Origin: Eubacteriales bacterium
Lineage (GTDB): Bacteria; Bacillota; Clostridia; Oscillospirales; CAG-272
DNA length: 64,000 nucleotides
Direction of reading: 5' to 3'
Assembly: GCA_045580325.1 (NCBI GenBank)
Contig: JAZNNR010000005.1
Span: forward strand, 3,504 to 67,503
The notes below the pieces were generated by a model. The model was not told where the DNA came from. It was given only the letters and a program-made list of their open reading frames with translations, and did no database searches. The position numbers and the translations under genes are program-made. This document shows positions 40,077 to 49,433 of the stretch, in pieces. Each line of letters opens with the position of its first letter. Position 1 is the first letter of the stretch.

Positions 40077-40796
40077 GTGAAAAAGCTGGTAAAAAGAGTA
40101 ATAAATATAGTTTTTCCGCCGAAATGCGCTTCGTGTAAGGATATTCTTCCGTATTACAGCGATCAGGTCCTTTGCGATAAATGCAGAGAAAGGTGGAAGA
40201 CCGAAAAGGAAACAAAATGCCGCAGATGCGGGAAAACAATTGCATTCTGCTCGTGTATTCCCGAAAGCTGTAAGGACGTTATCGAAAAGCTTGTCAGCGT
40301 AGCTCCGTATACTTCTTCGGGTAGCACTACCGATAATATCGTGCTTTACGCGAAGGACTGTAAGGATAAAGAGCTGTTTAAATTTATGGCAAGGGAAATG
40401 TCAGAGGCGGCATATGCCGAAATCCCTTCGACCGAGGGCATTACAGTTACCTTTGTTCCGCGCTCACTTGCAAGAAAGAACGAAACGGGACACGACCAGT
40501 CGGAGTATCTTGCGAGATACGTAGCCGAGAATTTTTCACTAAAAACAGAAAAATTATTTAGAAAAACAGGAAGCGCAGAGCAAAAGACTCTTGGCGCACA
40601 GGAAAGAGCTGTAAGCGCAGAAAGCTCGTACGTTATGCGTAAAAATGTCGAAAATACGGTAAAAGGAAAGACCTTCATTCTTTGTGATGACGTAGTTACA
40701 ACAGGTTCTTCGCTTTCGGTATGCGCAAGAAAGCTTCTCGATGCGGGAGCAGAGCGTGTTTATGCGCTCACCTTTGCAAAGACGCTGAAAAAATAA
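40077..40796 (+). CDS. comFC: ComF-family phosphoribosyltransferase-like protein
   Basis: GTG start. N-terminal double zinc ribbon (PPKCASC..CDKC..CRRCG). C-terminal PRPP loop ILCDDVVTTGSS. Confidence 0.8.
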   Translation: MKKLVKRVINIVFPPKCASCKDILPYYSDQVLCDKCRERWKTEKETKCRRCGKTIAFCSCIPESCKDVIEKLVSVAPYTSSGSTTDNIVLYAKDCKDKELFKFMAREMSEAAYAEIPSTEGITVTFVPRSLARKNETGHDQSEYLARYVAENFSLKTEKLFRKTGSAEQKTLGAQERAVSAESSYVMRKNVENTVKGKTFILCDDVVTTGSSLSVCARKLLDAGAERVYALTFAKTLKK

Positions 40797-40817
40797 ATAA
40801 GTTTTTTAAAAAAAGAC

Positions 40818-40846
40818 TTGACAAAGGGAAACCCTTGTGATATAAT
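40818..40846 (+). promoter_or_regulatory. sigmaA promoter for tRNA-fMet
   Basis: TTGACA, 17-nt spacer, TGaTATAAT. Confidence 0.65.
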
Positions 40847-40875
40847 GAAAATGTTCCGCACGGAGCATAATATAT

Positions 40876-40948
<73 letters not shown>

Positions 40949-40956
40949 TAAAAAAT

Positions 40957-40986
40957 AAAGACACCCTTTGGGTGTCTTTATTTTTT
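40957..40986 (+). terminator. intrinsic terminator after tRNA-fMet
   Basis: AAAGACACCC-TTT-GGGTGTCTTT followed by ATTTTTT. Confidence 0.8.
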
Positions 40987-41413
40987 ATTATGAGAAAGAT
41001 TTAAATTACGTTCTCGGGTTATATACCGGTGAGCGTAGCTCGTTGGGTTAGCGAAGCAAAAAGGTGCCGGCGGCACGTTTTTGCAAGCGGTGTCGCCCAA
41101 AGTGCGAGTTTTGGAGCACGGCTGTGCCGTGAGAACAAAACGACATACGACGGCGACGGGCGCGAAGCGATAAACCCGGAGGTCGTCAGGTATTACGCAA
41201 TTACTGCACGTAGAACCACGCAAATCCGCAGGATTTGCTGATCGGCGCAAAGGATAACGAAAAGGGAAATATTACGTAGGCGCCGATCTTGGTTCGTAAG
41301 TCCTTCCTTGATGCTGAAAAACGACACACGACGGAGACGTGCACGAAGCGATAAGCACACAGATCAATGTCGTGCCTCTTCACTGTGACAAAAAGTGTTT
41401 TTTACTTTGTAGG

Positions 41414-41442
41414 TTGCAAAGTAATAGATTTTATTGTATAAT
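41414..41442 (+). promoter_or_regulatory. sigmaA promoter for the AAA ATPase gene pair
   Basis: TTGCAA, 17-nt spacer, TATAAT. Confidence 0.5.
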
Positions 41443-41530
41443 GAACACATCAAGTTGAAATGATAAAATAGAGAGTATTACTGAAACGGATTTTAATTTC
41501 CTCTATCAATACTGCCAAGGAGAATATGAA

Positions 41531-42289
41531 ATGACTACGTCCAAATATATAAGTGAAATCGTATTTGATAATGGTCTAGATAAAAGATCTTATCTTAATG
41601 ATCTGCCTATCATAAAGTTCCTTTCAAGAGAAAAGAAACTGTCGTTTTCTTCTAACGTTACCTTTTTTGTCGGAGAAAACGGGACAGGCAAATCGACCTT
41701 GCTTGAAGCTATTGCGGTGGCTTACGGCTTTAACGCCGAGGGAGGCTCAAAAAATTTCACTTTTTCTACCAATGACACTCATTCCGAACTTTGTGAGCAT
41801 ATATCTATTGCAAAGAGGGGATATGCGCGCGACGGCTTCTTTCTTCGGGCAGAGAGTCTTTATAATCTAGCGACCAATATAGACGATATGGATAAAGCGC
41901 CTTCTTTTGACCCACCTGTCATTGAAAGCTATGGCGGAGTTTCCTTACATAACCAATCTCACGGCGAGAGCTTTCTCTCGATTATTCAAAACCGTTTTTT
42001 TGGAAACGGGCTTTATCTTTTAGACGAGCCGGAAGCAGCTTTGTCGCCTATGAAGCTGCTGACCTTAATGGCTGAAATTGATGGGCTGGTAAATAAAAAC
42101 TCACAATTTATAATCGCAACACATTCTCCGATGTTGATGGCTTTTCCAAATGCGGAAATTTTAGAATTTTCAAAAGACGGTATTAGCAGAGTGGATTATA
42201 GGAATACTGAACATTTTAAAACTACAAAAATGTTTTTAGATAATCCCGAAAAAATGCTGCATTATTTGCTAGACAATGACGATATCTAA
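41531..42289 (+). CDS. stand-alone ABC/AAA_21-like ATPase (about 250 aa, COG3910-like)
   Basis: Walker A GENGTGKST, Q-loop/signature region HNQSHGESF, Walker B LYLLDEPEAALSP, H-loop ATHSP. Confidence 0.75.
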   Translation: MTTSKYISEIVFDNGLDKRSYLNDLPIIKFLSREKKLSFSSNVTFFVGENGTGKSTLLEAIAVAYGFNAEGGSKNFTFSTNDTHSELCEHISIAKRGYARDGFFLRAESLYNLATNIDDMDKAPSFDPPVIESYGGVSLHNQSHGESFLSIIQNRFFGNGLYLLDEPEAALSPMKLLTLMAEIDGLVNKNSQFIIATHSPMLMAFPNAEILEFSKDGISRVDYRNTEHFKTTKMFLDNPEKMLHYLLDNDDI

Positions 42290-42341
42290 GTCAGTGTAAC
42301 TTGACAAAGAAAAAGCAACAGTATTCACAGGAGTTTTTATT

Positions 42342-42905
42342 ATGGTAACCAATATAAACGCTGAAAATGATTGGAATTTTGATTTTTCTTCTCTTCCGAG
42401 ATGGGATGTTCGTGATAGGATTCCTTTTGTTTATGATAGGTTTTATCCTTTGTCCGAGTGTGATGCACTATGCTGTATTTATTCGATTGCAGAAGTGAGA
42501 ATGGGTTGTTACCAAGGATTTTTGGCGATATTAAAGAATAAAGAAAAGCCTGAACTTGTTTTGAATATAAACCAAAAACTCAATTTTGGCGATAATTTCT
42601 CCGCAAGTAAAAAAGGCGACATCATTTTCTTGCTATCTTATTTTCACGATAAAACCACGGATGGACCGTGTAGTCTTGTTTTGATTTGCGATATTGTCCG
42701 TGAAAAGTTTTCGTATTTTACGACTGATAACTACAACCCCTGCTACAAGGTCATTGAGCTTGGCAACGGTGTTTTCGGTATTGAAGCCGATGAATCTCAA
42801 AGGAATGATAAACGGCTTGATGCCTTTTCTAAAACAAGAATAGACCTGAAATGCTTGAATTGGTATGATTTTAAGGAAATAAATATGTTGCTAGAAAGAA
42901 TATGA
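42342..42905 (+). CDS. hypothetical protein
   Basis: 187 aa. AGGAG-like RBS. No domain recognised. Confidence 0.55.
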   Translation: MVTNINAENDWNFDFSSLPRWDVRDRIPFVYDRFYPLSECDALCCIYSIAEVRMGCYQGFLAILKNKEKPELVLNINQKLNFGDNFSASKKGDIIFLLSYFHDKTTDGPCSLVLICDIVREKFSYFTTDNYNPCYKVIELGNGVFGIEADESQRNDKRLDAFSKTRIDLKCLNWYDFKEINMLLERI

Positions 42906-42933
42906 ATTTTGAAATATTATCTCTGCACATAAA

Positions 42934-42964
42934 ATAAAGACACCCAGCGGGTGTCTTTATTTTT
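42934..42964. terminator. bidirectional terminator, near-identical to 40957-40986
   Basis: ATAAAGACACCC-AGC-GGGTGTCTTTAT followed by TTTT. Confidence 0.75.
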
Positions 42965-42975
42965 ACTATTTAAAC

Positions 42976-44061
42976 TCAAAACAATGATTTAACATACCTC
43001 AAAACAGGCTTTACAAGACCTGCTGACGGCTCGACAAAAGAAAGGGCAATAAAGCCTAAAACAACGCATATTAACGCTATTTTTGCAAGGGAGATTTTTT
43101 TCTCTTTTTGCATTAGCAGCGCAGCTCCCGATTTTGCGAAATTGTTGAGGAAATTGCCTAAAAAATCATTTCCGAATAAGAAGCATATTACAAACGTTAT
43201 AATTAACGATGCCACAATAATCGTTAGAACCTGCGTGTTTACTAAAAACTTGCTTGCAAGCAGTGTTATAGGACGGTGGAATACAAAGATCCACAGAGAA
43301 TTACGACCGAACGCAGAGAGCAGAGGCATCTTCTTTCGAGGGGAAATATAAAGCAGTAGCGGTATGCTTAAAAATGATACGAAGAACATAATAATTCTTT
43401 CGATAATGTCGAGCTTGTCGGCATAAGCCCCAAGCACGAAGGTCGCGTCGGAAAATGATAAAAGATCAAATGAAAAGTAAAGTGTCAGCGAGATAGCAGC
43501 TAAAATAACGAGAGCAGAGAAGAAGCGCCTGAGCGGACGCACATCGCACATCTTGCTGTAATCACTTTCTGCAAACTTATATCCAAGCATATAAAAGGGT
43601 AAGAAACCGATAGTTCTTGCAAGTGCAAGCGTGTTGTTTACAGAAGGATGAAATCCGATTATTATGGCAAGCAAGAACAGTACTAAAACAATATGCTTTG
43701 TACTGGAAATATGGTGCGTAATGAGTCGCCAAAAAACAAGAGCTACTAAATACCAATATGAAACAAGAGGCTTGAGCAGGGAATCAAACCCGTATATAAA
43801 TCCATACGCGCTGTTGAAAATAAAGAATAAGAATACGAAACGAAGTATTGATTCGGCGCTGTGAGAGCGTTCGCTTTTTCCAAAATATCCCGATACAAAG
43901 ATAAACGCAGGCATATGGAAGAAATAAATTATATCGACTATGTAATTTATTATAGGGCTGACGTCCTGAAGCTGATATAGTATGTGGGCAAATACAGTAA
44001 GAATGATCAGTACTGACTTTATATTGTCCCAGTGATGATTTCGGGTTCTGATAGAGCTCAT
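42976..44061 (-). CDS. acyltransferase family 3 membrane protein
   Basis: About 10 TM segments. N-terminal HHWDNIKSVLIILTVFAHI is typical of Acyl_transf_3. Confidence 0.7.
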   Translation of the reverse strand: MSSIRTRNHHWDNIKSVLIILTVFAHILYQLQDVSPIINYIVDIIYFFHMPAFIFVSGYFGKSERSHSAESILRFVFLFFIFNSAYGFIYGFDSLLKPLVSYWYLVALVFWRLITHHISSTKHIVLVLFLLAIIIGFHPSVNNTLALARTIGFLPFYMLGYKFAESDYSKMCDVRPLRRFFSALVILAAISLTLYFSFDLLSFSDATFVLGAYADKLDIIERIIMFFVSFLSIPLLLYISPRKKMPLLSAFGRNSLWIFVFHRPITLLASKFLVNTQVLTIIVASLIITFVICFLFGNDFLGNFLNNFAKSGAALLMQKEKKISLAKIALICVVLGFIALSFVEPSAGLVKPVLRYVKSLF

Positions 44062-44155
44062 TTTACCCTCCGCTTTTTATAAATATAAGAAAATGATGTT
44101 ACCGCTAACGGAAATTATATCATATATTTGGTGGATTGTCAATCTAAATATCCCC

Positions 44156-44184
44156 TTGACAACACCCCACTTTTGTGATATAAC
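44156..44184 (+). promoter_or_regulatory. sigmaA promoter for glnA
   Basis: TTGACA, 17-nt spacer, TGaTATAAC. Confidence 0.55.
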
Positions 44185-44244
44185 TATACTGTAAAATGGT
44201 ATTTTAATACAGTACCAAATAATAAAAACAAAGGAAATAAGAAA

Positions 44245-45669
44245 ATGGCAAAAAACGTACAGGATATCCTCGCTCTTATTAAAGAGAAGGGCATTAAAAT
44301 GGTTGACTTCAAGATGGTTGACATCAACGGTCAGTATCGCCACGTAACTATCCCTGCAGAAAATTTCTCCGAAGACACTATGCGCAGCGGAATCGGATTT
44401 GACGCTTCAAACTACGGCTATGCAGTAGTTGAAAAGAGTGATATGGTATTCATTCCCGATCCCGACACAGCGGTAATCGATCCTTTCTGCTCGATTCCTA
44501 CACTCTCTATGACGGGTAACGCTATGATCATTGACAACCCCGAGAACCGTCCTCTCCCGCAGTATCCCAGAAACATCATCAAGGCTGCTGTAAAGGCGAT
44601 GCAGGATAGCGGTGTTGCTGATACTATGTATATTCTTCCCGAATTTGAGTTCTATCTCTTTGATAACGTAAGCTGGAACGTAAGCGAAAGATCTGTCAGC
44701 GCATCTGTCGACGCTGTTCAGTCCTACTGGAACAGTAATCTTGACGGCAAGGGCGTTATCGTACCCAAGCAGAAGAACTATCATATTGCAAAGCCCTTTG
44801 ATATTTCCTATGAATGCCGCAGTGAAATGTGTATGCATATGAAGGACGCGGGTATTGAGATAAACTACCATCACCCCGAGGTTGCCGCATCCGGTCAGTT
44901 TGAGATCGAGCCTCAGCTCGGCGAGGTCGTTCATATGGCAGATGCAACTATGATGATAAAGTATATCATTCACAATACTGCACTTAAATATGATAAGACA
45001 GCTACATTTATGCCCAAGCCTATTTATAGCGAGGCGGGAAGCGGTATGCACGTTCATATGCTTCTTATGAAGGACGGTAAGCCTGTATTCTCGGACGATG
45101 AAGGCTATGCACATCTTTCAAAGACTGCTCACTACTTTATGGGCGGACTTCTTAAGCATATAGCATCTCTTTGCGCTATTACAAACCCCTCTACAAACTC
45201 CTTTAAGCGCCTTGTTCCCGGCTTCGAAGCTCCCGTTACAGTTGGATATGCAACCTCTAACCGTTCGGCAGTAATTCGTATCCCTGCTTATGCAAAGAGC
45301 CCCGAAAAGCGCCGCTTCGAGCTTCGTAATCCCGACGCTACCTGTAACCCCTATTTCTGCTATGCGGCAATTCTTATGGCAGGACTTGACGGTATCAAGA
45401 ACAAGATCGATCCTCACGAAAACGGCTGGGGACCTTACGACTTCAACCTCTTCCATCTTCCCGAAGAAGAGAAGGCAAAGCTCAAGGGACTTCCCACGTC
45501 GCTTCCCGAAGCACTTGATGCACTTGAAGCAGATAATGATTACCTCACCGCAAACGGAGTATTCCCGAAGGAGCTTATCGCAAATCTCATTAAGACTAAG
45601 CGTGCTGAATGTATGGAACTCTCCAAGATTCCTCATCCCGCAGAATTTGAGAAGTATTATAACCTTTAA
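44245..45669 (+). CDS. glnA: glutamine synthetase, type I
   Basis: 474 aa. FKMVDINGQYRHVTIP, HHPEVA.GQFEI, GSGMHVHM, NSFKRLVPG.EAP, RIP. Confidence 0.93.
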   Translation: MAKNVQDILALIKEKGIKMVDFKMVDINGQYRHVTIPAENFSEDTMRSGIGFDASNYGYAVVEKSDMVFIPDPDTAVIDPFCSIPTLSMTGNAMIIDNPENRPLPQYPRNIIKAAVKAMQDSGVADTMYILPEFEFYLFDNVSWNVSERSVSASVDAVQSYWNSNLDGKGVIVPKQKNYHIAKPFDISYECRSEMCMHMKDAGIEINYHHPEVAASGQFEIEPQLGEVVHMADATMMIKYIIHNTALKYDKTATFMPKPIYSEAGSGMHVHMLLMKDGKPVFSDDEGYAHLSKTAHYFMGGLLKHIASLCAITNPSTNSFKRLVPGFEAPVTVGYATSNRSAVIRIPAYAKSPEKRRFELRNPDATCNPYFCYAAILMAGLDGIKNKIDPHENGWGPYDFNLFHLPEEEKAKLKGLPTSLPEALDALEADNDYLTANGVFPKELIANLIKTKRAECMELSKIPHPAEFEKYYNL

Positions 45670-45676
45670 TTTATGC

Positions 45677-45709
45677 AAAAATCCTCGGATAACTCCGAGG
45701 ATTTTTTTG
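45677..45709 (+). terminator. intrinsic terminator after glnA
   Basis: AAAAATCCTCGGA-TAAC-TCCGAGGATTTTT followed by TT. Confidence 0.85.
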
Positions 45710-45716
45710 CCCTATA

Positions 45717-45744
45717 TTGACATTTATGGGGAATATGGTATAAT
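45717..45744 (+). promoter_or_regulatory. sigmaA promoter for the paralogue array
   Basis: TTGACA, 16-nt spacer, TGgTATAAT. Confidence 0.55.
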
Positions 45745-45799
45745 AAAAATAGAAGCGTAAGATATGCTGGTACTATAATAATCAAAAGGAGAGTGGCTT

Positions 45800-46549
45800 A
45801 TGAAGAAGCTTTTTGAAAAAATGAAGAGCATAAGCATTATCACTTATTTGTTTATTGCTTTTTTAGTATGGCTTTTTATATTTGCCCCTCTGGACGCAAG
45901 TGATTATTATCTAAATTCCAATATTCCGCTTACAGAAACACCTGTCGTTGCACAAATACTCGGATACGGAACGATAGTACTATTTATTACGTTACTGATT
46001 ACTGTATATTCTTTCGTCTTTCCGCTTTTGCGTCTTATGACAAGGCGTATAGGCTTGTATATTCGCCTGCATTTTACAGCCGCAAGACTTGGATTTAAAT
46101 TTAAGCTAAAACGCATTCCGCTTGCCTCACTTTTCGGTTTGCGTGTGAAGGAAGATATTTTAATAAAAAACAAAGAAAAGACATTTTACATTCACTTTAT
46201 AGACGTTGTAGGTCGGGCACGTGTGTTTTCAATAGTAAATGAAAACGAATACAATATAGCTCGCACTACTCCCGATGCGCCGAAAAGTATAGGTGCGGCT
46301 TACTACGGAGGTGCGTCGGGTGCAAAACTTTCTGCTGTTATGAGTAGTACTATAAGTAGCGGAAAAACAATGAAATTTCCAAAGTTTGATACAAGCGTTG
46401 GAGAACACATTATTATTCTCGATCCATTGCCTATGGAAGTAAGATATATTGACGGCGGAGTTCCTAAACCCTTGTTCAGCGGATATAGTGTAGGTAATGT
46501 CACCTATTATGAAGCAAAGGATTTTATAAAATTTTTAAAAAGAATTTGA
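45800..46549 (+). CDS. membrane-anchored hypothetical protein, paralogue A
   Basis: Two N-terminal TM helices. Shared blocks KRIPLASLFG, YIHFIDVVGRARVF, GEHIIILDP, YSGYSVGNxTYYEAK.FIK.LKR. Confidence 0.65.
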   Translation: MKKLFEKMKSISIITYLFIAFLVWLFIFAPLDASDYYLNSNIPLTETPVVAQILGYGTIVLFITLLITVYSFVFPLLRLMTRRIGLYIRLHFTAARLGFKFKLKRIPLASLFGLRVKEDILIKNKEKTFYIHFIDVVGRARVFSIVNENEYNIARTTPDAPKSIGAAYYGGASGAKLSAVMSSTISSGKTMKFPKFDTSVGEHIIILDPLPMEVRYIDGGVPKPLFSGYSVGNVTYYEAKDFIKFLKRI

Positions 46550-46582
46550 TGTTTATTTGGTACTAGATATGGAGGTGTTTAT

Positions 46583-47299
46583 ATGAAAAAAATATTTTTA
46601 TTTATCATTATATCAGCACTCATAATACCTGTGATCATCATAACTGCTTCAAATATAGTAACGATTTTTAGTTATTTGGAACGCGGTTACGAGTTTGAAA
46701 AAATTCCTCTTGTGGTAGATACAGTAGAGCGATTAACGGCTTGGAAAAATCTTTTATGGCTTGTGCTTGCTGTACTACTCGTACTTATATTCTTTTCACT
46801 TATCATATTTGCTTTTAAACGTATAAAATGCTATATTAGGTTATGTTCTGTTTGCTCCAAAGAGGGATATAAATTTAAAATGAAGCGCATCCCGCTTGCT
46901 TCGCTTTTCGGCGTAAAAAACAAAGAAGATATATGTATTATCTGCGGAGATAAAAAGTATCTTATACATTTCGTTGACGTTGTCGGTCGCGCAAGAGTTT
47001 TCACCTTAATAGATGATAAAACTTATGATGTATCAAAAACAGCAGCGGGAAATGTTTCAAAAATGCCAATGTACACGGCGCGCCTTACTTCTACGGAAAG
47101 AGTGATGTTAAACGGTCACCAGAAAACTATACCTAATTTTGATAAAAGTGACGGTGAGCATATTATCATACTTGATCCGCCTACTATGGAAGTAAGATAT
47201 ATTGACAGTATCCCTAAACCTTTGTTTAGTGGATATAGCGTAGGCAATATCACCTATTATGAAGCAAAGGGTTTCATAAAACTTTTAAAGAGGATATGA
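46583..47299 (+). CDS. membrane-anchored hypothetical protein, paralogue B
   Basis: Same blocks as 45800-46549. Confidence 0.65.
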   Translation: MKKIFLFIIISALIIPVIIITASNIVTIFSYLERGYEFEKIPLVVDTVERLTAWKNLLWLVLAVLLVLIFFSLIIFAFKRIKCYIRLCSVCSKEGYKFKMKRIPLASLFGVKNKEDICIICGDKKYLIHFVDVVGRARVFTLIDDKTYDVSKTAAGNVSKMPMYTARLTSTERVMLNGHQKTIPNFDKSDGEHIIILDPPTMEVRYIDSIPKPLFSGYSVGNITYYEAKGFIKLLKRI

Positions 47300-47301
47300 C
47301 A

Positions 47302-48063
47302 ATGAAGAAAAACATTTTTGATAAGCTGAAAAATACAAATCCTATCTGGTTTGTAATAGCTTTTCTCGTCCTTGTTGTCGGAATACCTCTCGGAATCTTT
47401 CTCTATTTTTACATAAGTATAGAGCTTCCGCAGATAGCAGATACTTTTGAGGATTACAGTAAACTTTTCGCTATTGTAGGTATAGGACTGCTTGTCATAA
47501 TATTTTTTTCTTTCTTCCTGCTTCCGATCATAATTTTTCTGATTAAACGTGTAGCTTGTTATTTTTCGCTTTGGTCTGCGTGTAAAAAGAATAATATTAG
47601 ATTTAAGATAACAAGATTTCCGCTTGCATCTCTTTTTGGAATAAGCGAAAAAGAAGATATAACGGTATCTACGTCAGATGAAACCTACTGTATTCACTTT
47701 ATTGATCTGGTGTTCAGGGCACGCAGAGGTTTTACGCTTGTCGATGAAAAAGAATACTGTATAGCAAATATGCGTGTAGAAATGGGCGGATACGGTGGTG
47801 GCTTTATAAAAGGAAGACATAGTTTTCCGATGATGTTTGCAATTTCAAGCACACCAAAGTCATATACGACATACGCTTTTCCAAAGTTTGACGATTCGAA
47901 AGGTAAGCATATAATTATGGTTCACCCAACACCAAACCACGCCCTTTATATTGATAGAACATCAGATAAGGACGGAAAAAAAGAGATATACAGCGGATAT
48001 ACCGTCGGTAATATTACATATTATAGCGCAAAAAAATTTATAAAGCTTTTAAAAAGATCTTGA
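47302..48063 (+). CDS. membrane-anchored hypothetical protein, paralogue C (more diverged)
   Basis: ATG 47302 lies 7 nt after AGAGGA. Same architecture as paralogues A and B. Confidence 0.65.
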   Translation: MKKNIFDKLKNTNPIWFVIAFLVLVVGIPLGIFLYFYISIELPQIADTFEDYSKLFAIVGIGLLVIIFFSFFLLPIIIFLIKRVACYFSLWSACKKNNIRFKITRFPLASLFGISEKEDITVSTSDETYCIHFIDLVFRARRGFTLVDEKEYCIANMRVEMGGYGGGFIKGRHSFPMMFAISSTPKSYTTYAFPKFDDSKGKHIIMVHPTPNHALYIDRTSDKDGKKEIYSGYTVGNITYYSAKKFIKLLKRS

Positions 48064-48092
48064 CAGATAATATTTCGGAAAGGATTTAATTT

Positions 48093-48431
48093 ATGAATAG
48101 ACCAAAAGACAGAGGTAAACTGCTTTGTATATTGGGCCTTGTGTGTTTACTTTTAGCACTTGTGCTTTGGGTGTATTTCGCAGTACACTACGCGCAGTAC
48201 TTTTCTTCTGCAAGCTCGGACGGTATGTCAAAGCTTATGTATGAAATAAGTCTTGTCCTTGAAATATTGTTTATTGAACTGGTTTTGTCGATAGGCACGG
48301 TACTTTCTTGGCTCGGTTTTAAATTTACACATAGCGAAAAACTGAAAAAGGCTTCAAAAATTATTTTAGTAATTTCTATGGTGCTCTTCGGTGTCGGCAT
48401 TTTAGGTGTACTATATTTACTTTGTTTTTAA
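48093..48431 (+). CDS. small membrane protein (3 TM)
   Basis: 112 aa, hydrophobic. Same strand, directly after the array. Confidence 0.5.
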   Translation: MNRPKDRGKLLCILGLVCLLLALVLWVYFAVHYAQYFSSASSDGMSKLMYEISLVLEILFIELVLSIGTVLSWLGFKFTHSEKLKKASKIILVISMVLFGVGILGVLYLLCF

Positions 48432-48479
48432 AATAATAAAAATAAACAAAAATGGAAAATGGAAAGGAAATAAAAAATT

Positions 48480-49421
48480 ATGAAGCTTATTCACTATAAA
48501 GAAGGGAATTATCCCTCACAAGCAGACCCCTATCTTATAAAAGCAAACGACGGTTACTTTTATATGTACGTTACGGGCGTTGACGCTGTTCACGCGTTCA
48601 GATCAAAGGAGCTTTGCGGCGAATATGAGGACATAGGTATTGTCTTCTCAGTTGAAAACGGTAAAGAATACTGGGCTCCGTCGGTTACGTATATTGACGG
48701 AAAGTACTATATGTACGTGTCCTTTATGAAGAAGGACGAGGACGACGTTCACCTTCAGACTATGTACGTGGCGTCTTCCGATACTCCGTGCGGCCCGTTT
48801 GCAGATGAGAGAAAGCTTATCGCTCCTTTTGCGATCGACTCACACGTTATTAAAAACGAAAGCGGACTCTTTATCTTCTATTCGATAAACGATTACGATG
48901 CAGAGCGCGCAGGCACTTATATAGTTGTGGATAAGATGAAAAATCCCTACGAGGTGTGCGGAGAGCCTGTGTCGGTAGTGCGCCCGACTCTCGATCAGGA
49001 GATATTTATGCGCGACAGGTTCAAGGCTGGTCAGCACTGGCATACTCTTGAAGGCGCGTTCTATTTCCGCGAGGGTGATTATCACTATATAATTTATTCG
49101 GGAAACTGCTATGAGAACGAATATTATTATCTCGGCTACGCTGTGGCAAAAACGTCTGAAACAGACCTTACAAAGATAAAATTCACAAAATATCCCGATG
49201 AAAACACCTATGCTCCGCTTATTTCCAAGAATGAATACGAGGAAGGAACAGGGCATAACAGCGTTATCAAATATGACGGCGAGTATTACGTTATCTATCA
49301 CGGACGCGACGTTATAGACGACGGACGAATCACGGGTGATAAGCGTACCGCGCGTATATGCAGACTCACACTTGACGGTGAAAAGCTTACTGCTGTAAGA
49401 GATGAAAATAAGCTTGTTTAA
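48480..49421 (+). CDS. glycoside hydrolase family 43
   Basis: ADPYLIKANDGYFYMY, YWAPSV, GTGHNSV beta-propeller-type blocks. Confidence 0.7.
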   Translation: MKLIHYKEGNYPSQADPYLIKANDGYFYMYVTGVDAVHAFRSKELCGEYEDIGIVFSVENGKEYWAPSVTYIDGKYYMYVSFMKKDEDDVHLQTMYVASSDTPCGPFADERKLIAPFAIDSHVIKNESGLFIFYSINDYDAERAGTYIVVDKMKNPYEVCGEPVSVVRPTLDQEIFMRDRFKAGQHWHTLEGAFYFREGDYHYIIYSGNCYENEYYYLGYAVAKTSETDLTKIKFTKYPDENTYAPLISKNEYEEGTGHNSVIKYDGEYYVIYHGRDVIDDGRITGDKRTARICRLTLDGEKLTAVRDENKLV

Positions 49422-49433
49422 GTGGTGAATATT

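Noticed and set aside
40978-41383. Small ORFs (90, 70 and 60 aa) in the region after tRNA-fMet
   Set aside because: They overlap each other on both strands, are built from repeat and hairpin sequence, and have no RBS. The region is treated as non-coding.
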